A stretch of DNA of 64,000 bases, taken from contig DF237117.1 in assembly GCA_000708835.1 (NCBI GenBank), positions 62,001 to 126,000 on the forward strand, read 5' to 3'. Below are positions 25,301 through 37,099 of this stretch, one piece after another. Position numbers and translations under genes: made by a program. The DNA is from Klebsormidium nitens (taxonomy: Eukaryota > Plantae > Klebsormidiophyceae). How positions within the stretch are numbered: the first letter of the stretch is position 1; every line of letters begins with the position of its first letter. The notes beneath the pieces were generated by a model, which was given only the letters and a program-made list of their open reading frames with translations, was not told the DNA's origin and ran no database searches.

Positions 25301-28300
25301 GGCTCGAGCTGCAAGAGCTCTGCACCAAACTGGAGGACGTGAGTGTATTCCCACTTTGCCACTACAGCGAGTTTGCTGCCGCTGATTTCCTCCTGTCGGG
25401 CTGTATTCCCCCCTGTATTCCCTCCTGAGATATAGATGCGACACCGCGAATCGATGCCGATCTCGGCTTGCTTTCGAAGTATTTTGGAGTCACCTCGACC
25501 GATCGCCCATCCTTTCAAAGAGTTACCGACGTCAGTATCAGGTCACAATCTGGGACAGCCACGTGCAGCCGCTGGAAAGGAGATGTTACCGACGAAAGGT
25601 TGCGGAGAACAAACTGTCAAAATTTTCGTTTCTGCGTGTGGTGAGACACGAGTAAGCAATCGTACTTGGATCTGATTCGTGCCACCTTCTGACACATGAG
25701 TAGATGAAATATAATGCAGCTGCCAACGCTAGCGCTGGAGCCGCACTCGAAGCGCAAGTTTTTCCACGCGAGCCTGGCTCTCGAGAAAGCACAACAATAA
25801 AAGCTTCTTTCTTCTCCCTCGAATCTCTCGCTCAGATTCTTCTTTGCTTGCTACAATTACCGACGCTCGTGTTAGAACCGCCCCGAATGCGCAACTTTGT
25901 CTACGCAAGCCTTGCGCGCAGGGAGGAAAGACGAACTTGAATAATGTCTGGTGTTCCTCGGTACACTTTCTTGGCAAGGCATCGACTCCTTCGCTTGCTA
26001 CAGATACCGACGCTCGCGCTAGAGCCGCACTAAGTTCGTAACTTCTTGTACGCGAGCTTGGCGCTCAGGGGAACAACGACAAACTCAAACGGCTTTATTT
26101 TCTCCTCTCTCAGTTTCTCGCTAAGGCATTGACTTCGCTTGCCACAGTTGCCAACGCTCACGTTAGAACCGCCCCGAATGCGCCCCTTTTTCCATGCAAG
26201 CCTGGCGCTCAGGGGAGCAAAGACAAACCCAAACGGCTTTGTTTTTCTCTCTCACTTTTCGCTAAGGGACTAACTTCTTTACTTGCTACAGTTGCCGACG
26301 CTCGCCCTAGAACCCCATTGAATGCGCTACTTCTTTTACGCAAGCCTGGCGCTCAGGGGGACAAAGACAAACTCCAAAGGCTTTGTTTGCTCCTCTCTCA
26401 ATTCTCGCTGAAGAGTTATATGTTTTGCTTGCTACAGTTGCCAACGCTCGCGCTAGAGCCGCACTGGATGCGCGACTTTTTCCATGCGAGCCTCGCGCTA
26501 AAAGAGCAAAAGAACGAAGCATCAAAACATACTCAACTAACGAACTAACCAGCTAATCTCTCGCTAAGGCACTTTTTTAACTCTACCCAGTTGCCGACGC
26601 TCGCGCTAGAGCCGCATTGGATGCGCGACTTTTTCCACGCGAGCCTCGCGCTGAAGGAGCAGAAGAACGAGGAGGGCCTCCAGCAGTACCGCGCGCTCGC
26701 GGCCGCGTTTCCGCGCAGCGACTACGTCGTCGCGCAGACCGCCACCGCGCACTACAACCTCCGCCGTAAGCCTTGAAAGTCGATCATCATTCTTTGTCTT
26801 TGATGTCTTTTGTCCGTGTGAGGTCGATTCGCTTCCTTTCGTCTGCTCCTTTTGAGGCGATACTAAGTTCGCTTTGCTTTCCCGATTGCCGACGGATAAG
26901 ACTTCCGCTTCTTGTTTGTTCAGATGCAGACCGACTGCTCAACGTGTCCGGTTAAGCAGGGTTGTGAAAAACATCCTCAGAAAATACGTTATCTGCTTCA
27001 ATGTAGACGACAACCTGGAATGCAAACCGCCAGCGAAGTGCATTGTTCCTTGCAGACCTGGTGGCCATACATGGACACTTCACGTTGGCCGATCGTAGAA
27101 CATCGGCGGTAGCCTGTAGGGTGATACGGAGAGTGTGGGAGCACGACAAGAAGTTCTCCCACCCTTTGTTCTCAACCTCACCCTTTGTTCTCAACCTCAA
27201 TCCCTCGGAAAAGTCTGATCCTAGCAACGTAAAGTTACCGTTCGGAATCATTGCCCTTTTGAGAAACCCTAGAACCCTACGAGTCCATCAAACCCTACAG
27301 TCTTCTTTGTCTTTCTTTTGACAGAGTTTGACGAGGCTCAGGAGCTGTTCGAGCAGCTGCTTGACTCGGAATTTATGACGTTGTTGAAACGTCCGGTACC
27401 CGGCATCGAAAGTTTTCCATCTGGCGATCCTCCCGTTCTTACACAAACCCGGAATTTTACACTAACCCTAAACTAACTCTAGCTAACCCAGAATCTATCT
27501 TTGACAGAGTTCGACGAGGCTCAGGAGCTGTTCGAGCAGCTGCTCAAGTCGGACCCGTACCGCGTCGATGGGCTTGACATCTACTCCAACATTCTGTACG
27601 TCAAGGAGTGCTTCTCGGCGCTCAGCTACCTGGCGCACAAAGCGGTGCTGACCGACAAGTACCGGCCCGAAACCTGCTGTATCATAGGTGGGTAAGAGGA
27701 GCTTCCTCGCCTTTCTCCTTGACTTCTTAAACTTGTTCAACTTTCTCGTGGTCTTAGCTTGAAAAAGCATCAATACCGCATCTGATAGAGGTTGTTGGAG
27801 GAGTGCTTCTCTGCCCTCACTTATCTTGCGCACAAAGCGGTGCTGACCGACAAGTACCGCCCCGAAACATAGGTGGGTTTGAAGCTTGTGTCTTCTTTTT
27901 CCCCTCTTTTTTCGGATCAGATCTACGGGAAGAAAGAAGCAGAAACGTTGAGTTGTGCTTGTCCGCCCTCAGCTATTTGGCGCACAAAACGGTGCTGACC
28001 GACAAGTACCGGCCCGAAACTTGCTGTATCACAGGTAGCTAATTGTTGTTCCCCTCTTTGTGCCTCTGTCGTACCCACTCCTAGGATTATTTCGTTGTAA
28101 AGAAGCCAGAATCGATCTCTGACAGCCAGTATTTTTGCAAGATGCTTGCGTTTCTGCGCTTAGATACCTTGGCACAGGGCTGTGCTAAGATTCAAATTCG
28201 TGGGCCGGGGTCTCTTGCACCGTAGGTGGGTTTGTCATGGTTAAGGGTCTCTCTCTCTCCCGCTTTCGACATGGTAGAGACTTCGTTCTCTTTTCTTTCC

Positions 28301-31300
28301 CCCATGCAAGCTTTAGCCAAATTCGTTTCACCATTGCAGGAAACTACTACAGCCTAAAAGCGCAGCACGAACGGGCCGTGCTCTACTTCAAGCGGGCCCT
28401 AAAATTGAACAGGTGCGAGAGCTTTCGCTCTAGTTCTCGCTAGAAGCGCGCCGTCTCCTGCCGGCAAAGCTGCGCGACTGTCGCCCCTTCTCGCTCACAT
28501 ACTAATGCATAACTTTCTCACTGGATGTCTTTGATGCGTTTTTCCAGCACTACATCTGCCTTCTGCCTACTACCTTTCTGTTGTACTGTACAAACTTTTG
28601 GCCCCTCGCACCAGTTGTGTATGCTGGTCGCAAATTTCGCACGAGGAAGCAAAGCGCTGATCGAGCGGATTAGGATATCTTGATTTCTCAAGTATGTGTG
28701 TTAAGGCCTTCAGGTAGTAACTTTCAATCAGACGGGCCAGTGTGTCCGACTTGCTTTGATGATTTTGCAGGGTGCATTTTCATCTCAAGTTCAGAAAACT
28801 CTTTCGCTTTCGAAAGCAACATGCTAGATCTCGTGTCGTTGCATAGATACATTAGTTCTCACACTCCTTCTCCTAAACCAGTCAAGCCTTTCAGCATTGG
28901 GGTGACACTTGATATTCGCAAATTACTCGTGGGAGTTTGCGTACCAAAAACGGTGTCAATCTTCCCCTGCAGAAACTATCTTTCGGCGTGGACGCTTATG
29001 GGCCACGAGTTTGTCGAGATGAAGAACACACCCGCCGCCATCGATGCTTACCGAAGGGCCGTAGGTCAGATCTCTCCGCTTTTCCTCTCTTCGATCCAAA
29101 TCCAAGCTACTTTGATTACTTTCAGAGTTTCGTATCTCGTTTCTGCAAAGTGTGTTTCTTCTTCTTGCGTTGTTGTTCTCCGATTCACCCCCTGTGCAAG
29201 GACGATGCGTTCTGTGTTCTCTGTTCATCTTTAGCAGCAGGGGCTCTGTCGCTAAGCGACGCGATTTTGCGGAGTCCTTCTCGACGACAATGGTGCCGAG
29301 CCACCTATGCTTGCTTCGCTTGCATTCTTTCCACCTAAATCGGGTTCAGGGGGTCCGCTCTGTCTGTTCTCGTCTCCGTTCGTCCGGTTTGAACGTTCTT
29401 GAACCGAAAGGTTCAAGTCAAGATTCACGACTCTCGAATTCTTTGAGGGACGGTGTTTCCGCGAGATCCTCCGGAAACAAAAGCTGACGACCCTAAACCC
29501 TCAAAAGCTGGCCATTGCAGATATCGACCCTAAGGACTATCGAGCGTGGTACGGACTGGGCCAGACGTACGAGATCCTCGCGATGCCATACTACGCGCTG
29601 TACTACTATCGGAGAGCGACGCAGCTTAGGTAAGTCCTTTGTCGAACCACTGACGAAGAGCATCGCGGTTGCAGTATCTTTTAGACCGAAAAACTTTTCA
29701 AGCAAGGGGAGCAGCTTTTATACTTTGCTTTTTTTGAATTGGAAGAGCAGACTTCTCTTACAAAAGAAAGCGACAGTCTGAGGTGGTTCTGGTTTGAGGA
29801 CGTGCTTTGACGATTTTGCGGCGAGGCCTATACAAACATTTCAAGACATGCTTCCGGGAGTCAGCTACTACCAGAATCCACATTGCTTTGTTGAACGTAG
29901 GAACAGTCTGCACCCTTTGTTCTGAGCTCGGCTTCCACCCGGCGGCACGTTTGTTTCGATCTAGTTGACTTCAGCATTTGCCTTGCCCATGATCCAGATA
30001 TTGCCGACCGGACCGATGTGTGATGGGGCTAGTGGTACAAGAAAACCAGCTTGGCATGCAAAGCGTCCCTATTATGATTATGGAACCTTCTTCGGAACCC
30101 CCCGAAAGAATACGCTCAATGTTCTGATTGCCCAAACCCTATCGTTGACCCGGATTCGACAACGCCTCAAACTAGCACTCTTGCAGGCATGTGTGTGCAA
30201 TGGGCCAGTCTTACGAGAACGAGCAGCGGGGCATGCACGAGGCGGCCATTCGGATCCAAAACCCTCGCCCTGATCTCCACTGTTTGCATCCGTTGCATGG
30301 CCCAATCCCCGTCGTTGAATTTCTTAGCACTATTTTTGCGCAGGCCAAACGATCCGCGCATGTGGTGTGCGATGGTGCAGTGCTACGAGAACGAGCAGTT
30401 GGGGATGCAAGAGGCAGCCACTCGGCGTTACTCAACACACTATCCTATGCCGATGCTCAGGACAACGTTCTAGCGCTGTAAACCAAAGTAACTCTTGAAC
30501 CCATTTTCAGGCCCAATGACCCGCGCATGTGGTGCGCAATGGGTCAGTGGTACGAGAATGAGCAGTTGGGGATGCAAGAGGCGGCCACTCGGCGCTACTT
30601 AACACTCTATCATACGCCAATGTTCAGCATGATGCACGAGCGCTGTAAACCAAAGTACATCTGGATTCCATTTCCAGGCCGAACGACCCGCGCATGTGGT
30701 GTGCAATGGGCCAGTGCTACGAGAATGAGCAGCTGGGGATGCAAGAAGCCGCCATCCGCTTAACTAAAGCTCGTCCTAGATTCTGATTCCAACAACGTTG
30801 CCTAAAGCTTTTGTGGTGGCCGAAACCACATCGTTAACCCTGCGTTAAACCCTCTCATCCTTGCAGGCCGAACGACCCGCGCATGTGGTGTGCGATGGGC
30901 CAGTGTTACGAGAACGAGCAGTTGGGAATGCAAGAGGCCGCCATCCGTTGCTACTCGAAATTCTATCCTATGCCAATGCTCAGTATGATGCATAAGCGCT
31001 GTTAATAAAAGGAATTTTTGAACCCATTTTCAGGCCCAATGACCCGCGCATGTGGTGCGCAATGGGCCAGTGTTACGAGAACGAGCAGCTAGGGATGCAA
31101 GAAGCCGCTATCCGGTGCTACCGGCGCGCCGTGAGCTACGAGGACCGCGAGGGGATTGCGCTGCACAAGCTCGCGCGCCTGCATCAACAGCTAGAGCAGG
31201 TGCGGGGACTGTCGACTAGAATGCGAAATTCCGGGGATTTTGCGCCGGGTTTGAAGAGTCTCAAGCTCCTGGTCCGTTTCTGGGGCGGGAAGCTCAGATT

Positions 31301-33767
31301 TCAGGCATTTGGGGGTTTTAGCTGCTTTTGGGTTGAGGATGTTGACAATGGAGATTTTCGTGAGGCGTTCGTATTAAGGCCTGCGCATCTGATGAGGCAA
31401 GAGGCAATCTATTGCACAGCTATTGGATACTTGTCCCCATTCTAGGACGCACTTGAGATAAGGGCTTGGGGAATGACGTCACAGCAGATAAACACGGCGC
31501 AGCGATGGAGTGTCCTTATCAGAACAGTCAGTTGCTGACGTCACTTTCTGGTGCGTTCGTTGCCAGATGGACGAAGCGGCGCACTACTTCCGGAAGAACC
31601 TCGAGCGGATGGAACAAGACCAGGTGAGCCAACAGACGCCGACTCTTTCCTCCGATCTTTATGTTGCTTAATCCTCATCTCAAAGAAAGCTAACTGCTCC
31701 GCATTTTCTTTTGTGCGCCAGGACTTGTCGGACGGTCGATGCGGTTAAACAAGCGGTTCCTCTTGCCCGCCGTACGCTGCCCTCAAATCGCATACGGGGT
31801 CAATTGAGTATTTTCTGCTTTCCACGGTCTAATACGCCAACACTTGACAGGAGCTCTTCAATTTTACTTGCGCCCAAAAGGGGACACCTCGAACCAGCAC
31901 TGTCACAACGACAGAGACGTTGGCAGACCCTTTGACGGATTACCTTCTCGCAGTGGATTCTCTTCACCCGTTATGTGGTCTCTGCTTCTCGTTCCAAATT
32001 GGGAAGGCTCATAAAGACTGGTAGTTTACCATCTTCCAAAGTTGTTGCGATGAATTTCATAGCAGTCCAATAGGCGTTGCGTAGTAACGGCGCTGCTACT
32101 GGACCGCGATCCGGAAAAGATAAGAAAAAAGGAGCGCATCCAAGCAGAATCCTGTACAGGCCCTGATGTTCCTGGCAGCATACTGCAAGCCACTTGTGAC
32201 GACATTGACCTCAGCGGCTGACATCAGGCAGACTCCACATTCCCTTCAACCATCTTTTCCAACCCTGCATTTGCAGGCCGGCGGGCGCGGCGTGTCAGAG
32301 GCGCTTGTATTGTTCGCAGCGTACTGCAAAGACGACCAGCGAGTCTGTGACATGGGTTCTACTAATTGACGTTAGGCAGAGTTTTACGATCATTTCAACC
32401 AGCTTTCAAACCCTGGCTAACCAGCTCTAACCCTGGGTTTGCAGGCTGATGGGCACGACATAGTGGAGGCGCTGGTAATCCTGGCGGCAAGAACCGTGAA
32501 CGGCAAACTGTGACGTCGGCCTTACGTTAGGCAGAGTTCTACGATTAACCAACTGAAGTTTGAAAAAGTTCAAAACCCTGGCTAACCAGCTTTCAAACCC
32601 TGGGTTTCCAGGCGGACGGGCGCAATGTGGTGGAGGCGCTTGCATTCCTGGAGCGAAGTGTAAAGGCGATTAGCGAATCTATGACAACGGGTTCACCAAC
32701 TGACCTTAGACAGTCTTTTCCAATCCCTTTAACCAGCTTTCAGAACCTGGCTAACCAGCTTTCAAACCTTGGGTTTGCAGGCGGACGGGCGCGACGTGGT
32801 GGAGGCGCTGGTGTTCCTGGCCGCGTACTGCAAGAACCAGGGCCTATTACACGAGGCGGAGCAGTACTGCACCAAGCTCATGGACTATGGGGCCCCGGTT
32901 AGTAACTGCTCTTGTTTTGTTGCCTGGTTTCAAAGAGTCGTCCTTGTTACGCCTCTCTCGTTACTCGTGAAAGGTGGTTGCATTTTCGGTAAACAGGGCG
33001 TGCTGCATGAGGCTGAGCAGCACTGCACTCAGCTCTTGAGGACCCTTGCAAGTCGGACGTTCTCAAGAGCTTGATTCTGTCGTGGCTCTGGCCCTCCCTT
33101 ACGCCCTCTCCACATCTTGAGGTGTTCAACATTCGGAAAAAGTAGGCCGGTTGTTGCGCTTTGCGAAAACCTCAGTACAGGGGAGTTGAAGTTGGCCGCT
33201 TCTTTCCGAACCACTTTTCTTACTACGCACTTCGTTCTGCTCTTTTCGTTCTCCCTTGTGCGGAGCAAGGCGTCTTGTCAGAAGTAACTCTTACAAGCTT
33301 GTCTTCTCCTTCCTAGACCGCATACCAGTCGGTCGCTTCGTGCACTGAATGTCAAAAAGCTGTTATAATTGCTTCGCTGCCGATTTCGCTTCAGGCGTGA
33401 AGCCGGGCTGCCAAGGTAGAGCTCGATTCTGCCAAGCTGGAGGATTGGCTGCAAACCCACGTGCGCTTAGGTATTAGCTCAGAAAAGCTTGGCTCGTTTT
33501 GAGCGGCAACAAGCAGCGCTCAGTCTGACGCCGACTTCCGTACTCGGAATCCGACAGCGCTTGAGAAATCTTGTCATGCCCGACATGAGAATATGATTCA
33601 TAGCAAGCTCAAACACATCTCATCTTTCTTACCGATCTGACCCCTGATCCGAAACCCGTCTCTTGCAGGAGAAGGAGGAGGCCAAGGCAATCTTGCGAGA
33701 GATCCGGAGCGTCCAAGAGCACGGCGTTCTATCCCCACATATGGACCTCGAGAGTTATACGCCTTGA
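22384..33767 (+). CDS. APC8: Anaphase-promoting complex subunit 8 (CDC23), TPR protein, ~574 aa, 13 exons
   Basis: Exons 22384-22472, 23535-23820, 24746-24894, 25206-25338, 26591-26765, 27508-27687, 28340-28412, 28973-29064, 29521-29629, 31034-31199, 31567-31623, 32781-32897, 33669-33767 join in phase (1725 nt). Diagnostic peptides: [90 protein letters not shown]. Confidence 0.95.
23097..23534 (+). repeat. ~95-bp tandem repeat containing APC8 exon 2 acceptor + first ~15 exon nt (3 copies)
   Basis: CTAACCCAG|GGCTGCCGAGCAACT...CCACCGCCGAAGCTCACAA units with exon-like starts at 23174, 23270 and 23365; real exon at 23535. Confidence 0.9.
24331..24745 (+). repeat. Echo array of APC8 exon 3 5' end (3 copies, ~140-bp period)
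   Basis: Near-identical copy at 24607; progressively decayed copies at 24473 and 24331; real exon at 24746. Confidence 0.8.
25720..26590 (+). repeat. Echo array of APC8 exon 5 5' end (6 copies, 137-153-bp period)
   Basis: Starts at 25720, 25857, 26004, 26148, 26292 and 26438; real exon at 26591 ([21 protein letters not shown]). Confidence 0.95.
27324..28230 (+). repeat. Echoes flanking APC8 exon 6: one acceptor-side copy and three donor-side copies
   Basis: TTGACAG|AGTTTGACGAGGCTCAGGAGCTG at ~27325. Copies of [27 protein letters not shown]|GT at ~27799, ~27955 and (decayed) ~28140. Confidence 0.85.
30010..31033 (+). repeat. Echo array of APC8 exon 10 5' end (5-6 copies, mostly 167-bp period)
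   Basis: Starts at 30187, 30344, 30511, 30678 and 30867 (weaker ~30010); real exon at 31034 ([29 protein letters not shown]). Confidence 0.95.
32160..32780 (+). repeat. Echo array of APC8 exon 12 5' end (3-4 copies, 167-169-bp period)
   Basis: GGGTTTGCAG|GCGGACGGGCGC-like units start at 32277, 32445 and 32612; real exon at 32781. A downstream echo of the later part of the exon lies at ~32995. Confidence 0.85.
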
Positions 33768-35110
33768 CGGAGCTCCGGATGTTGACCTTAGGCGTGGCCT
33801 GTGGAACAGGTTGCGTGTCCAGCAGACTGGAGTGGTGCCCATATCATGCGTCAAATTCTTACATGGCAATGAGTCTCAGCATCTCATGTCAACTCTAAAG
33901 GACGCCGAGCTTCACAAATGTTAATCTGAACTCAATCACATCCTTGCTATGTATTTTGGACATAGAAGAAACGTCTTCCAAATCTCTCGTGTTTGAATTC
34001 TCTTCAGCCCGATCTTTGTTGAAACGGCAGCATATAATCAGACGGTCGGACTCACAACCACATATGTGTATGCCATGAAACGGGCACACGTGTGCGCTGC
34101 CTTGTTAATTGCGCATATGTGACTTGCAACACGCCAATTATCCCCGACGGCGACACAATTGCTCATCGAGTACTACCGCAACAGGGCCTGCACGCAGAGA
34201 GTCCACGTGACATCCGACAAGCTAAAGTGACCGTCTGTAATCAATTTGCACTTCGATACAAACGGTTGCTTCAGTTCTCATCAGTGCGTGGTCGGACTCT
34301 GCATCGACGAACGAAGCTTGGGATCCTATAAAATATACTATCGGATACACATATATGCATCGGCCTAGGCCGGTTCTTTGATTGCAGCTCTGGCGGGACG
34401 CTGCACATGCAAATAACGGCATGCGGCGCGCCAACGTACTCCTGAGCTGGCGCCGCGCACGAATTTGAGGGTTTGAATGAGTCTGGCGACTGCGCAACGT
34501 TGGCTGCTCAGACTTGAGCTTGGTCCCGGTCGCTCGCCCAAGCATAGCAAGCGTCCGCGCAAGGATCGGCTGTACTATCATTAAGGACTTAGCCGCATGT
34601 TCGATTATCAGTTGTATGTCCAAGCCCACGCACACATGGGCTATATAGCCGCGGGCGCACCAGCCGGGGTCTGGCATGAGATCGAGTGCACGCGGCCGCT
34701 ATATTGGCTACCGCCGCTATTGGCTACCGCTAAACCCTGCAGGGTTTGGTCGGAGTGCGGGGCGGCGCGGCCAGCGCGCGTGTCGGCTGCGGACCGCGGC
34801 CCGGCCGCCGCGCTCCCAGGCCGCAGATGCTAGAGATCATTGAACCTATGTAGCTCGCTCAGCTGCAACTTGTAAGAACTTCAAGCACGTTGCACAGCTG
34901 CTGCTGGGAACTTCCTTTGTCAAGAGTACTCCCCCGCTTCAGCCTCGCCCTGCATGGACGCTTTCAGCAACGTCATTCGCCTGAGCCCTAGGAGCACCTT
35001 GCGAATAGCCTACGGCCTAAGGGCTCTTCCCCAGAAACAAACAAGAATCATCTCGCGGCAGGAGAGTAGCGGCACCTTTGCCACCTTTCATCTTTGAAAA
35101 GAAGAGCAGG

Positions 35111-35911
35111 ATGGCCCTTTTCAGAAAATTTGTCTCTCACCTGAGCTTCTGCTTCTCGTTTGCGAGGCTGCAACCGATCCAAGTTCGTTATTGCAACGGT
35201 ATCCGAAATGACTATCTGGCCAGGGATGTCAAGGCAAACTTGGAGGTTGATACCCCAATAGCGGCTCTCTTCCGATTGGTGGACCTGGCTTTGGCGGGGC
35301 GGTTTCTCTCCTTACGAGATGAGGTCGAGTTTTTCTGGTGGCGTGCAGTTCCCACTGAAGTGCGCTGGGGCGATGCTGTCAAGAGCAAGGAGTATAACAT
35401 GCACTACGAGAAACACTTGGATGCTGACTGGCTCGTACACAACGTGCCCGATCCCCGGAGTCTGGCAAAGCTTCCACCTCCCTTTTGCGAGCCAGTATTC
35501 ATGCTCAAAGCGCCTACTTCTAAGGAGATCAACCAGTACAGGCAGCAGCACTCAAAGTACGCTAGCTTGTATGCAACTGAGGAGGGTTGCAGGCAGTTGC
35601 GGATTGTCATTGCTGCCGCATTCGCAGCTGAGCTTTGTGAGGCGTTCAACTGCCGTATCCAACATGGTTTGGCCAGGGGCAGGGCAGATGATGATGACCA
35701 CCTGACTTTTGGACTTGCAAACAAGGGAAGGCTGCAGCTCGAGACTCCTCCAGACTGGGAGAAGGAAGTGGGAAAGCAGCCGGTTGAGGAACTGGGGTGT
35801 CTGCGCTTTTTTGGAATGGGCCCTGAGGAAAGAAGAGTCGGACTGTGGGTACCAAAGCTCGGAGTCGGAGTTTTGAAGCACGGGGCATTGACTTCGAGGA
35901 GAAGTTCATAA
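35111..35911 (+). CDS. Orphan intronless ORF (266 aa from ATG 35111), unknown function, possibly transposon- or virus-derived or decaying
   Basis: Longest uninterrupted ORF outside the spliced genes, with coding-like composition. I recognise no domain. It may continue by frameshift to about 36030. Confidence 0.3.
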   Translation: MALFRKFVSHLSFCFSFARLQPIQVRYCNGIRNDYLARDVKANLEVDTPIAALFRLVDLALAGRFLSLRDEVEFFWWRAVPTEVRWGDAVKSKEYNMHYEKHLDADWLVHNVPDPRSLAKLPPPFCEPVFMLKAPTSKEINQYRQQHSKYASLYATEEGCRQLRIVIAAAFAAELCEAFNCRIQHGLARGRADDDDHLTFGLANKGRLQLETPPDWEKEVGKQPVEELGCLRFFGMGPEERRVGLWVPKLGVGVLKHGALTSRRSS

Positions 35912-37099
35912 ACTTTGCATGTAAGAACCAACTTGAGATCCCATCTGTAAACTGCCTAAGTGTCATCTGGGCCTTGATCAAAAGCTGCCAGTTGGGACCA
36001 ATCATGGTGTACTCCTTCCTCCTCCTGTAGATCCTGAGTTCCTTACAAGAGCAGCTTCTGTGGTAACAGCATGAAAAACTACTAGACCGAGGACCAGCAC
36101 AAATTGTTAGCAAGGCAGCTCCACAATTTTCTTTCAAATGGCTTCAAGCAGATTCAGCCTGTGAAGCCGTATCATGGAGGAAGGTCTTTATGGAACTCCA
36201 AAGTGACTTGGGAGTCTGTTGAGTGCTCTGAAATCGTTCCTGTTCTCCCAACTTTGAACCATAGTCCCCTTTCTGCTGGGCTTCTGTGTGTCTACTCTTA
36301 CAACAAGAAGCATGCCTTTTCCCTCTCATGTTCCGCATGCCTAAATCCTGGCGCAATGTTTGATCAAACTTGCGAGTGACTCGACGAGAAGCGCACTTAA
36401 CCTTGACAAAATGGTCTCCGAACTCATGCAGTGCTTCTTCACGATCTCCCGGAGTTTGCTTACTCTAGGTGTCTGTTTCATTGACAGGATCCACTCCGTC
36501 AGCAATCTTTCTTCTTGGCAAGCTGGATGCGTGGTAAGCCCAGCTCTTACGCCCATTCTTTGCCTGCTATCTCTCTAACCATAAATCCATTCATGAAGAC
36601 CAGAAAATGGATTGCGCCAACATGTTAGCGCAGGTCTTCGACGCCAAAGACCTGAAGCGGAGATGATCAAACTAGGAACTGAAGGAGTCTGGGTTGCAAT
36701 GCTTTTTGGCTTTCGAGGATCTTGTCAGAACTGCACTTTTCCATGATCATATGGTCCTTGGACCGCTTGGCCGCTGGGCCGTTTGGAGATCAGAGAGATA
36801 CTCGAAAGGGGTGGGCTTTGAGACAAGCCCGGTCTCATTTAGCTTTCCTGTAAGACCGCCCTGATCTCAAGGCGTGGTCTCAAATGGGGCTTTAGGGTTT
36901 GTTCTGACGGGTTTGCCACAACTAATATTTGAACCGCTCTTCAACTACTATTCTCGAAGAAGGAGGTGAGATCGAGAAGGGGTGGCAAGCCTGGTTTCTA
37001 TGGCCCCAGGGGGAGACTGACAGCCAGCCCCCAATCAGAGAAGGGCAGCAATGTCTATGACGCTTTCGAAGTACAACCTCCCGCTCGTTTGCCAGCACT

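Noticed and set aside
25720-26590. Regularly spaced repeats as a CRISPR-like array
   Set aside because: The repeats are long, degenerate copies of the adjacent exon, the spacers resemble each other, the context is eukaryotic, and no cas genes are present.
30010-31033. Echoes as ordinary mutually exclusive exons
   Set aside because: The copies cover only part of the exon and have no consistent in-phase GT donor where similarity ends. Not fully excluded without RNA data.
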